Notes under the pieces: generated by a model
The model's input: only the letters and a program-made list of their open reading frames with translations
What the model was told of the DNA's origin: nothing
The model's database searches: none
Assembly (NCBI GenBank): GCA_043228905.1
Contig: JBHGNT010000009.1
Span: 9,238,001-9,302,000 of the forward strand
DNA: 64,000 nucleotides
Direction: 5' to 3'
DNA from: Azolla caroliniana
Taxonomy: Eukaryota > Plantae > Polypodiophyta
Translations under genes and position numbers: made by a program
Shown here: positions 24,400 to 36,644 of the stretch, piece by piece
How the letters are laid out: every line of letters begins with the position of its first letter
Position numbering within the stretch: the stretch's first letter is position 1

Positions 24400-26064
24400 C
24401 AGAATCGAATGAGGTCTGAGTCGTTTTGAGGGTTTTGGCACCTTCCGGATGGATTGAGCATGTTAGATTCACTCAAATATGAGTGGAGAGAGAACTTCAG
24501 GACCTGCCTATTTCGACCTAAGTTGTGAGACACCAAGTTTGCTCCTCTCATTAACGTTGTCAGACCTCTCTACATTTCAACCACATTATTGTTGTCAAGG
24601 ATTGTTCAATCATCTTCTATATGGAATAAGAAGAGGAAATAAATAATAGAAGATCCTGTAGATACACAATGGTTTCAGGATAGCCTAGTAGAGTACTTTG
24701 TAGAGGCCAGAAAGACATGGGATGGGCCTTTGCCAAGCAAGACATTTACTATCCCATCACAAGACTTGTTGAATCCTTTAAAAGTGACATGTCAAATGCT
24801 ATTGTTCTCTTTTTTCCTGGGAAGATGCCTTCTGCAAATGACGTAGCTCAATGGATAAATGTAATGTTTTAAGTCAATGCATTTAGTGGAGTTTATTTTG
24901 CCACTAGAGGCTTTTACGAAGTGTTGCTATCAGAACCGAAGTACAAAACTCAATTACTTGAAGAATCTCCTTTAACATATAGAGAGCAAATGGTTCATGC
25001 ATTGTCGTGGTCTTTGATAAAAGACTATCAATGGCTAATTCGTCACAAATGTCCTGTTTGGGTGGAAGTGCTTGACTTTCCACGAAATTGGAATCACTTG
25101 TTACCTACAATCGCAACTGGAATGAGGAGAGTAGTATGCCCCTCAAAAACTACAAGTACTTTTAATCATTTTTGCATTCTTTGGGAGATCGATGTTTCGA
25201 TCTTGGAAGGTATCACCCTCAACTCAGATGATCCAACTATTGGTGCAAGACCTTTCAGGCTAAAATGGGGCAAATTTGCAGGTGCATGTTAAACATGTAA
25301 CAAGTTTGGTCATATGCAATCAAAATGCCCAATGTTGACTATTCAACCACCTGAAACCGCAATGTTGAAACTTGCATCACTGAAAGAAAATAGCCAGGTT
25401 TCTTCTTCAAAGGCAACCAACCAATCTATGACGCAACCCATCCAAAAACCAAGTATACAAGACAAAGGGAAAAGTAAAGTCCTACAAATAACTGGTAATG
25501 TGCAATCAAACATGCATGATTTGAGACTAGCCTCTGATGTGGAAAAAGAAACCACTGAAGGATGGCAAATATCTAAGAAATCCTTTAGAAGCAAGACACA
25601 TGTGGTGGTGAGGAACTACACTCATGCTTCAATGCTCTCTTCAGTCTCAGAAGCATGGAAAAGGGTGAGTAGAGGCTCATATGTGGACATTTACAAATAA
25701 GGATCAAATGCAGATATTAGTCTTCATGCAAATAAACATGGCGGCAATACGAATATGCAGTCAGGTTAGTATTTTGCTTTGTTTTACATCTTCAACCATA
25801 TTAACCATGCATAAACAAGTCAAATGTGTCTCCTTCAATATACGAGGTCTTTGTAACCCTAGTAAATGGAAACTAATTTGGAACCATATTATCTCTTATC
25901 AAGCAGATGTAATTTGTGTTCAAGAACATAAACAACTTGAATTCTGTGGTCAAGTTGGTTCGTTTGGAGGTTTTGACATCTAGAGTGTTTATGATCATAA
26001 AACATGAGCTAAATCCAACGGTTTCTTATAATGATCAACGTGGGAGGTGGATGATTGTGCAATG
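24400..26064 (+). mobile_element. L1-type LINE, 5' part: degenerate ORF1 and the start of the ORF2 endonuclease
   Basis: ORF1-like RGFYEVLL...PVWVEVLDFP with zinc knuckle C..C.KFGHMQSKCP; APE N-terminus KCVSFNIRGLCNPSKWK...ADVICVQEHK...NDQRGRWMIV. Cut at 26064 by an LTR. Confidence 0.8.
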
Positions 26065-26273
26065 TGTTGATGGGTGGGGGGTGGAGCCAAGAAGAGCTCT
26101 ACCCCCCTCCCAAGGGGTTGAGCGTGAGGAAGATAGAGAGACACAATTATTGAGAGGCAAAACTTCTACTCATTCATGTCCCCTATGGTGGGGTTATATA
26201 GGTACATTACATGAGGATCAAAATCCAAGAACATCCAATGAGGCTTGTAGGTTAGTTACATAACCTTCTAACA
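26065..26273 (-). mobile_element. short LTR-like segment (TG...CA) at the L1/gypsy junction
   Basis: Minus strand tgttaga...tcaaca with its own TATA (cctatataacc); flanks do not form a TSD. Confidence 0.4.
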
Positions 26274-29200
26274 ATCTAGACCCACTTTACATATTTGCAC
26301 ACATTCACATAAATGTGCATGTGTTTACACATATAAATATACTCACACTTACTATTGTGCACACTTGCACACACTTACAATAGACTTTTAACATAAAGAC
26401 TTTACACAAAGATTTTCACCCTTTATTACATTATACTCCCCATCCTTATATAGTGATGAGAGAGTCTTAGGAATCCATGTTTTTTCTCTAACTATCAACT
26501 CCATGCTTTTTCTATTAATAGACTATATGCTTTCTCTAACATGCTTTTTCTAAAAGTGACCATGCATTTTTTATGAACTATAGTGTTCATGCACGCTAGA
26601 TGTGCATGTGTAACTTTTTCTTTTATCATGCATTTTCTTCTAACTAAAGCTTTTTTATCTAGAAAATATTCACAAAATAAGTTTTCTATATGGGATATAA
26701 TGGTAAGGTTTGTGTTTGTTTACATGGAGGTATAAGGTTCGAATCTTGCCCTATGCATGTGATTTATATTTTAATATTTTCTTCATATTTATTGAATCAG
26801 GTAAGTTATATAAGTTTTTCACGTAGTGTACGAAATACACTACGACACTCGCCCCCTCTGAACCTGCACATCCTCTGGTATGTGCCGAAGTTGTCGATAT
26901 TTGTTATTCTCCTTTATATGCAGTATCCTCAGTCTCTTCCCCTATGTCAATTATTAATTCTAGCCCACTTTCTTTGCTTTTCGTACTTCCGTAACTCTTG
27001 TTCGATTGCTCCCTTGTATCGGTGTTGTCTAAAGATACATGTGATTCGGCGTAACTTCGCTTCTTGAAAATCTTCACTCGTTTCCCCGCTACAGGTACCC
27101 GTATTATTGTCCCATCCAACTCACATAGTCGGTATGTTCCATTGCCGAATACCTTTCGAACTTCGTATGGTCCGAACCAGCTTTTAGCAAATTTTCGTAT
27201 CGAGTTGTGATGATGTTCCAAACTATTGTCGTAGACTATCGCCCAATCCCCTTCTTCAATCTTCTATGGTCGTAGACGATGCTTTGTGTTGAATTGTTTT
27301 TTGTTTCGGAATCACGCTTCTAGTTGTCGGCGTATCGCTTCTGCTACGTCTTCCGGTCTTCCTTCTACCTGTCGTATCCGGATCACTAGTAGTTCTTCCC
27401 GGCTTATCTCTTCCTTCCATGGTAGCACTGTCCATGTTGCAATTGCGGTTTCCATAGGAATTATCAGAGCTTGTCCGGTCATAAGTTTTGCTGGCATATA
27501 ATCGGTCACGGAACAATGTGTTGTGCGATCTGCCCATAGTGCATACGGAAGCATTTGTGGCCAATTCTTCACCCTTCCGTCACATGCTTTTGTAAGTGCT
27601 TTCACGATTGGACTATGTCCTCGTTCGATCTTCCCGTTTGCTTCTGGATTGTATGCCGTGGTTAGTGTCAACCGAACTCCATGTTTGGCAAATAATTCCC
27701 TAGCTTTATCGGAATCAAGTTCTCCCTGATCTGCAACTACTTGTCCTATGCACCCGTACTTGTAGAACACTTCTTCCAAAAGAAATTGGCATACTGCAAA
27801 ACATGTTTTCCTCCGTAACCATCGACCTTCTACTTGGTTCGTCAGATCCTCCCGAGCTAGCACCAAGTACTTTTGTCCGATCCCCGTTGGCATGGCCACG
27901 ATGTCGACCATCCATTTAAAATTGATTGTCGGTGAGAATGTTGGGTGTAATTCGTCCCGATGTTGTACTCCGGAGTAGATTTGACATTTCTTGCAGCTTT
28001 TCGTGAACTCTGCTACATCCTTATACATATTCTTCCATCAATATTTTTGTTTGATTTTTGCAAATGTCGCCCATGTTCCCCTATGTCTAGTCCAATCGGA
28101 TTCATGAAATTCGGATATTACCTGATTCTGTTGGTCCTTTGTGCCAACTACTCGGAATGGTATGCCATCCAGTCTTTTTGGCTCTCTCCAAATCAATCCA
28201 TTGTTCAAGAAGAACTTGCGAACTTGTCGTTTCTTCTGTCGAATCTCGGCTCTATTTTCTTTATTGTCTGATGATTCCTCGATTTCTTGCAACACTTTCC
28301 CGATTAGTAAGTGTTGAGAATCAAGCTCAACCTAGTCTAGTGTGCGAACACACCCTTGAGAGTGTGCACTCAAAGGTCAAAAGTCACCACTCTTATCTAC
28401 ACATTAACTATGTGTCATAGAATCATATTCTATGACACATAACTAATGAGTTTTCACATTCCCCATGACCCATGAGCTTCGGTAGTTAATGAAGAGAGAG
28501 AGTGACTATATAAAGCACTCTCCTCCTACTTTGCAATTAGGTCGATTAATCTCATTTGTAATATACATCTTCTTGAGTATTCTATTGTTGTTCAAAATCT
28601 ATCTATCTTGTGTTTCTCTCTCTCTCTCTCTCATACGCACACACTCACAACACATATCTCTAGTCTATTCCGCTGCACAAGAATCACCATCGATTCTTTA
28701 CAGTAAGCTTTCTCCCTCATATTCTTCTTCTCGGAACTTCGGAATTACGTTCACCCGACATATGTGCTTCGAAGTAAAGTAATCTTCGGAAACTTCTTCA
28801 TTATCCGATTCAGCTACTTCGTCTTTGAACCGTGCCCTTGATATCATATCCGCTACCGTGTTTTCTGTTCCAAAGATGTGTCGGATGCCTGGATTAAGTG
28901 ATTTTACATATGCAATCCATCTTAGCATAGTCACATCCGGTACCGTGCAACATCGCATCATCCCTAATATCGTAAGACAATCCGTTTCGATCACTACTTC
29001 GGCTCCGATCAAATAATCCCGATCCGATTTTATTGCCGACACGACTCCCCATAGCTCTCTTTTAACTTGTGCATACCCACGTTGCCTTTCATTGAGAATC
29101 TTTGCTTCGAATCGAATTGGATAACGTGAACCATCCGAGTCGACTTGGTTGATGACCCATCTGATCCCGGTTGGACTTGTATCAACTGTTACTATGATTG

Positions 29201-31762
29201 GTTGGTCATAATTCGGTTTCTTAAGTGCTTCTGCTCTCCGTAGTATTTTCTTGAGCTTCTTCATGGCTTTGGTATGTTCCGGTCTCCATTCAAACTTCTT
29301 ACCCTTCCGCAACAAGTGATAGAGTGGGTTTGCAATGTGTGCATAGTGTGGAATCCATATGTGATAGAATGCACATCACCAAGAAATCTACGGACTTCGG
29401 ATTGTGAGTCGCATATTTCTTTCATAGCTTGAATCGCATCAATCTTGACTGGTGATGGTCTTCGGCCATAGGGCCCACATAGATGTCCGACTACCAATAT
29501 CTCTTCTTGCCCGAATGCCGATTTGTCTCTTTATAGTGTTAAGTGCACATATTCTAACTTTTGTAGCACTTTCTTGCAACCGCAAATATGGTCAACCACA
29601 AACTTTCGGCATCCCCGATCATCCATAGTCTCATCCTTTTCTTCCACCGCACATCCTTTTATTGGAATGTCATCTAGGAATGGCATCATTATCTCTGGAA
29701 TGTAGTCGCGGAGCACCTTGTTCATTGCATTCATCATCTGTGCAACTGAGTTCGTCGCTCCTTGTGGAAGCGTACACATCCGAACTAATCCTTTCGGCGT
29801 TCGCATTGTAGTGATGTCCGACTATCCATAACTAATTGGAATTGGTCATATCTAGAGTATAGGTCTCCGATAGAGTATATCGCACGACCGGCAAATGCTT
29901 CTGCAAATTCATCCACTATCAGACCGACTCCAAAGTTCCGGATCATGACTTTGTTCACCGGTTGTAGATCTTGAATGAACCAGAGTGACCCATTCTTTTT
30001 CGGAACTGTAAACTATCGATTTGAGTATGGAGCGTTTGATGGCTCTAGAATCCCCATGGCCACCTTTTCTTTGAGCAATTCAATGATTTTCGGAATATGT
30101 GCCCGTGGCACTGAAATTGGCTTCAAGTTCCATGACACATGATCAATCGTGAAGATTACCATCAGTTCACTATCTTTGGATCAACACACCTTATCTCTTT
30201 TGGTGTGAATGCGAATGCTTTTTCATGTTGCTCCAACATCTCACGGAATCGTTCTTCTTCATTCTTTAAGAGGAACCTGCCTCCACCAATCCGGAGTTTC
30301 TTCCGGGTCTCATCAGTAAATGTATGTCCAATATCCATGGATTTCCGAAGTGTCGGATCTTCTAAGACTTCTTTCATCTTTTGTTCACTATTGGCGGGTA
30401 ACGGTCCCACAAATGGTTTCAACTTCTTTTCCACGGTCTTATATTTCGTACATACCATTGCTTCTTTTTTGCGGGGCGCATCCGACCCCATTTCCACAAT
30501 GATATTGTACATCTTGACCGATTCCATCGGAACTACCCGGTCTCCGTGGTGATTCTCTTCCAAAAGCTCTTCAAGCCGTTGTAGTGTGCTTCCGTAGAAC
30601 ACTTCTTCGATTACTCCAGTGATTTCTTCATCTTCTTTTATAATTGATGCAGACCATAGCTCATCCTGCATATTCCGGAATTCTTTTCTCATTACTCCGG
30701 TCACGGCCATGAACGTAGATGCCCCATCTGGACTAATCCGCACTTGTTTCGCTCTGAGGGTTTTCTTCCTGTGTGGGGTATTAGGGCTTCTCGGACTATC
30801 ATTTCCCCACTCCACAACAGTGTGCCTTAAAAATCCATTTTTGTTTGGGACAAGAGCTCTCTCTTGTTCCTTTCGTGATTTGATGGCACAGTTAGGAATT
30901 GGACAGTTTTCCCTCCGCTTTGGCTTCGAATCCGTGCAAAAGCCGCTCCGCTATCGAGCACCTTTTTTTCCATCCGTGAAGCCGTGATAAAGGGTTGCTC
31001 GAGAATCACGGAATGCGAGACCTCATCTTGCACGAAGAAATTTTGGTCAATCTCTACATCTCTGATCTTCATTGTCATATCCGGACAAGCCACAAATAGG
31101 TCCTCCATTGTTTCAGTAGCTGCCCGGATCTCCCATCCATGACTGGTGTTAATCGACCACTTCCCTTTCCAGTAGAACTCCTTGGACATCAGATTGATCT
31201 CCGATCCATGATCAATCAATGCGACTACGAGCTCTTTGATGTTTCCAATTCGGACTAGAGTCTCTGTAGTTGTTCGTGCCCAATGTGTCTTTGTGTAGTG
31301 GGAGTTCGGAATTTCGTCCTCCGTTTCCGTGTCGTTCATTAGAATCATATTTGCATTCACCTTTGGAGTATTTGAATCTTCCGTAGCTTGCCTCTTTCTC
31401 TTCACGAGATCCACAAGGAGATCATGGAACTCTTTCTTTGCTATTTCGAGCAATTCCCGGAGAGAAAATTCCACATGACTATCAAGGATTCTCTCTTCGA
31501 ACACCTTCTTTAGGTTCGTTTGTTGTTCGATGACTGAGGCGAGTTTGAATGCTGGAATCGTTTTCCCTTTTCGTTTTCCTTCGGAATTCCAGCTCCGGTG
31601 TCTTCGAGGGTCCGACCACATCACTTGTGCGTTGTTGTTTCTCATCTACGTACACCTCATGTAATTGGCATAGGGTGTATACGCTATTCTTATCTACGGG
31701 GCACTCCCATCCCGTAGCTTCCCGAATGCCTTCTGCAGTGCTCCGGATTTCATCAAAGTTGT
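26274..31762 (-). mobile_element. non-chromoviral Ty3/gypsy element (family X): 5'-truncated, degenerate gag-pro/pol plus 3' LTR (~26274-26847)
   Basis: Protease ALIDHGSEINLMS; RT LPQGATNS and FLDD; RNase H VDTSPTGI, ETDC; integrase H..H/CKKC, WMVDIV, YNPEANGKIERGH, WFGPYEV. PPT agagggggcgag is followed by LTR start tgtcgtagtg at 26847, the same LTR family as at 41036. Confidence 0.92.
28312..28702 (+). mobile_element. Ty1/copia solo LTR with 5-bp TSD, inserted in the gypsy pol
   Basis: tgttgag...tttaca flanked by gtaag (28307-28311 and 28703-28707); homologous to the copia 3' LTR at 44345-44710. Confidence 0.93.
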
Positions 31763-34340
31763 ATCACAAGCGCGGACAAGCACCGGGCCTCTATCCGCTA
31801 GTGGTTATGGAGGATTGATGAGGGGATCGTTCAAGATAACGGAACCACGAAGCAACGAAACAACGGAAGGACTAGCGCAAGCGAGAAGTATTAAAGATAA
31901 ATTAATAGATAGATACAGGTAGGAATTCCTATTCCCGGTTTGAACCTTTGACTTCAAAATTGCGATAGAAGACACCTTGCCAACGAGATAACTAGAACTT
32001 ATTAATTATTATTGATTGCATATGTTGTCTCCCCCCTCTTTCTCTTTCTCTCCTTCTTATGTAGATGCCCCCATGCATATGTGCATGTGAGGGTGTAGTA
32101 CATACATACAATGCATGAGATGCATGCGATGCATGATGACCATGTACCTTATCTAAACTCTCATGTACAAACAATTTTGTGTGAAATATACAATGAACAA
32201 AATTAATTTTTAAATGAAACAACGTAGTCTAATGGTATGTCTATTGCCTCCTATCTTGGAGGTGTAAGGTTCAAAACCTTTACTTGCACCTCATTGTATG
32301 CGTTAGGCTTATTATATATATATGTGTGTAATGATCACCTAAACACACATCACACGTGCACATTAACCATCACCCCTTCCATACATGTTCATGTTGCACC
32401 TTCTCGTTTTTCCTCGTTCCACGTGATTTTCACACCGTTGCCGAAAATCTTCACGACATCCACCCCCACCAACCCGCACATCCTCCGATACGTGCCAAGA
32501 AGAGAATGTGAGATTTCGGCTACGGTGTGAGATTCTTCCATGTCCTCGTTGACCTTGCTCACGTTTGTGGGTTTCGCCTTACTATCTTCATTGTTGAGAT
32601 CATCGAGTTCGGGACCCTCACCTTGTCATTTCTTGAAGATCTTTAGTCTTTTTCCCGCAATCGGTATGACGAGCCTTGATCTGTCTAGCTCCACATATGA
32701 TCCGAACCACCTTCTTGCAAACTTTCTTGTCGTCTTATGTTGGTTGTCAAAGATATTGTTGCAGACCAATACCCAACCTTCTTCTTCGATCTTCTTGGGG
32801 TGTTGACGATGTGTCTTCTCAAAACGAATCTAAAAACCGGTTGCTTCTTCTAATTAGCCAATCCTTTTCTTTGAGATGGGAGATAGAAATGTTGGCAATA
32901 CAACCTCCTCTGTTTAGTTGAATATCCCACCATCTTGATGCATCTTTTCCTTCCTTCCTATGTGTTGTCTTTATAATCACTTCTTTCATTTCTTCTTTAC
33001 AAGTAATAACCATCCATTTTACCACAACCTCATCTTCTTCGATAACAACCTCAATGTTAGTTATACTTACATCATCATTATAATAATCCTTTGTGTTAAC
33101 GACATCTTTGATCACCGAATCTTTTTGTATGAGATAACCATAATATTCAATATCATCTACCCTAAAATTATCCTTCCCAAACACACTCACAACACCAACA
33201 TTATCATTATACATATCCCAAACCATCATAGCATTTTCTAGATTATCCTCAACATTATCAACCTTAATCCCATCCTTCCCACACATGCTCACAACATCAA
33301 CACCATCATTATACACATCCCAAATAACATTTCCTAGATTTTCAGCTTGCCTTGCCAACTTGAGATAATCCATCGCTCTATCCTTATCATCCTACAACAT
33401 CATTTCAATGGCCTTCCTTATAAATGGAAGCATTATCAGTCTTGGCCCACCTTCTCTTCTTATAAACTCTTCTAAGTCATAAGCATCCAAGACCGCATCC
33501 ATAATTCGTGATGCCTCCATTACCACCTTGTGTTTTTCATGTCGGGTTCACCAAATAGATGTCGCATGGCGCGTGACACACGTGCCAAACGTCGTGATGT
33601 GCGCATCACAAGCGCGGACAAGCACCGGGCCTCTATCCGCTAGTGGTTATGGAGGATTGATGATGGGATTGTTCAAGATAACGGAACCACGAAGCAACGA
33701 AATTGATAACGGAACCACAAAGTGGAAGGACTAGCGCAAGATATAAATTGATAGATAGATACAGGTGGGAATTCCTATTCCCAGTTTGAAACTTTGACTT
33801 CGAAATTGAGATAGGAGACACCTTGCCAACGAGATAACTAGAACTTATTAATTATTATTGATTGCATACATTGTCTCCCCCCTCTTTCTCTTTCTCTCCT
33901 TCTTATATAGATGCCCCCATGCATATGTGCATGTGAGGGTGTAGTACATACATACCATGCATGAGATGCATGCTATGCATGATCACCATTTGGCGCTCAT
34001 GCATCACATGTGATGCATGATGACCATGTACCTTATCTAAGCTCTCATGTACAAACAATTTTGTATGAAATATACAATGAACAAATTTAACTTTCAAATG
34101 AAACAACGTAGTCTAATGGTATGTCTATTGCCTCCTATCTTGGAGGTGTAAGGTTCAAAACCTTTACTTGCACCTCATTGTATGCGTTAGGCTTATTATA
34201 TATATATGTGTAATGATCACCTAAACACACATCACACGTGCACATTAACCATCACCCCTTCCATACATGTGCATATTGCACCTTCTCGTTTTTCCTCGTT
34301 ACACGTGATTTTCACACCGTTGCCGAAAATCTTCACAACA
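31763..34340 (-). mobile_element. non-autonomous Ty3/gypsy element (family Z): 5' LTR 34340-33560, 3' LTR 32458-31763 (end-truncated), ~1.1-kb internal region
   Basis: Two highly similar ~0.7-0.8-kb direct repeats. PBS tggtgaacccgacatg (33553-33538), PPT ggtgggggtgga before 32458. The internal region keeps only an integrase C-terminal remnant (KKFARRWFGSY...IAGKRLKIFKK). Confidence 0.88.
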
Positions 34341-36644
34341 GCGTAAAAGAGAGAGGAGAGGTGAAAAGTAAGAGAGAGGGGAGATGAAAAGTAGAGAGGA
34401 GACAGATTATGGATTTGTAAATAATAAGATTGTACTATGAATAATAGAGAGTAAATGGGCTAGTGCATAGATATATTGACTCCCACCTAAAGGTGCACGG
34501 TTCAAATCTGGTATGACAATGTGGCGACCCCCCTTCCCTTTTTTCCTATAAAAGGAGGTCGAGGGGGGCTCATTTGGGAGGGCATTTTGGGGAGGAGGAG
34601 ACTATCACCATTTTTCTTTCGGCGCTCTTCACCTTCATCTTCACCATTTTTCTTCATCTCATACCCCTTCATCCCCTCATCGCTACGTGCTTGTCTTCTT
34701 TGTGTTGACGCTTGAAGTGCTCAGGTCGTTTATGATGCTCGTGAGCTTGAGCTTCGTTGGTTTGGTGTTGCTCCCCCGTTTGTCGTTGCGAGCCCGTGTG
34801 CTCGCCGTTTGGGTGGTCATGGCGGTGGTTGTGGTTCATTGGGGTCGGCATTTTTGTGGTGTGGTGTGCTCGTGTGCTCATCTTCTTCGTGTTCGTGCTC
34901 GATGTTCGGATTTACTCGAAGGGCATTCACTAGTTGTGTTTTGTTGAGCTTGTGGCTAACTAGAAGTCGCCACTTTGTAATCAAACCCTATTTTACAAAG
35001 GGCACTCTTGTGTTGCAATCAAACACTTATTTACTTCTTTAACCAATATCATTCATGTTTTCTTTCTTTTATTCTCGTCCCCTTGTACGTTCAGCCGTCT
35101 TGTGATGAGGGAGTGTTTCAGGCAATGCCCATGCACCTCTCGTACTCATAAAGGCGTACGAGCATTTGTGCATGTGTTTGTGTCTTCCTTGTATGTTCGG
35201 TCGTCTTGTGGCGAGGGAGCGTTTTTGGCGTGCCCATGCACCTGTCCTCATAAAGGCGTACGAGCATTTGTGCGTGTGTTTTGCGTCTTCCTTGTATGTT
35301 TGACCGTCTTGTGACGAGGGAGCGTTCGGGCTTGCCCATGCACCTCTCCTCCCATAAAGGCGAACAAGCATTTGTGCGTGTTTTGTGTCTTCCTTGACGA
35401 GGGAGCGTTCGGGCGTGCCCATGCACCTCTCCTCCTCATAAAGATGTATGAGCATTCGGGTTTGTATTCTCGTTCCTTTCCTTGTACGTTCGGCGTCTTG
35501 TGATGAGGGAGCGTTCGGGCGTGCCCATGCACCTCTCCTCCTCAAAAAGGTGTACGGGCAGTCATGTTTGTGTTCTCGTCCCCTTCTGTGTTCAACTTGC
35601 ATGCTCATCTTTGCTTGTACTCGTTTGATCACTTGGTTCGTGCGGTGATCTCGAAAACTTGACGAATCGTGATCAACGAAAGCCACCGGCCCCACAAAAG
35701 GGGCAATGAGCCCTTGCTCGGGAAGTGGTCTTGCAGTAAAGCAAGCCTCGGGTCTTCTCAATCCCTTCGTACTCCCTAGTCCAAGACCCCCGTGGTCCCG
35801 CCCAAGTAACACACACACATGAAACTTCATGACATAAATTTGCAAACCCGACATGAAAGGGCGGCAAGGAAGATCCAAGATGCAAGGAGGAGAACTCGCT
35901 GAAGCGATGGCGGCGGTAGTGGACCGCTTGGTAAATGCCCGAGAAGGCATCACCAGCCTGGACCGGGCCATAGAGACAGTGGTCAGCACAATGGGTTGGT
36001 TCAACGGAAGAGATACCACGATCTACTTGGATGCCTATAAGGCCGAAATACTTATGCGAAACGTCCCCGAAGATTGGCGGCTAACCGGATTCGCTAGAGT
36101 GGTAACACCGAGTCCACGCACAGGTACTCGACATCCAAGCGGATTGTCGCAATTGGGAGGATTTCGAAGATAGACTCCTCGAGAAGTACGACCTTAATGA
36201 CTCACTCAGAATTTCGAAAAGGGATCTAATGGAGTGGGTTGAGCTTCCCGGCAAGGGGAGAAATACTATGACACTTCTACAAGAATATGAGAAGCGTACA
36301 CGCATTTGTGTGTGTTTTGTGTCTTCCTTGATGTTCGACTTCTTGTGACGAGGGAGCGTTCGGGCATTTGGCCATGCACCTCTCCTCCTAATAAAGACGT
36401 ACGAGCATTTGTGTTTGTATTCTCGTCCCTTTCCTTGTACGTTCGGCGTCTTGTGATGAGAGAGTGTTCGGGCGTGCCCATGCACTTGTCCTCCTCATAA
36501 AGACGTATAAAGCCACCGGCCCCACAAAAGGAGCATCGAGCCCTTGTTCGGGAAGTAGTCTTGTAGTAAAGCAAACCTCGGGTCTTCTCAATCCCTTTGT
36601 ACTCCCTAGTGCAAGACCCTTGTGGTCCCGCCCAAGTCCCAACG
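34341..36644 (+). mobile_element. Ty3/gypsy family W remnant: long LTR with internal tandem repeats, PBS-like site, gag N-terminus and a second LTR fragment
   Basis: TATA cctataaaagg at ~34546; LTR ends catgaca at 35834, followed by a degenerate PBS ...aacccgacatg; gag (FNGRDTTIYLDAYKAEILMR) 35853-36290; LTR 3' part repeated at ~36293-36644. Confidence 0.7.
35075..35590. repeat. tandem ~85-110-bp repeats inside LTR W (further copies at 36295-36510)
   Basis: Unit core gagggagcgttcgggcgtgcccatgcacctctcctc...ataaaggcgtacgagcattt repeated about 5 times. Confidence 0.85.

Noticed and set aside
35069-36019. 316-aa minus-strand ORF
   Set aside because: Runs antisense through gag and LTR tandem repeats; no protein-like features.
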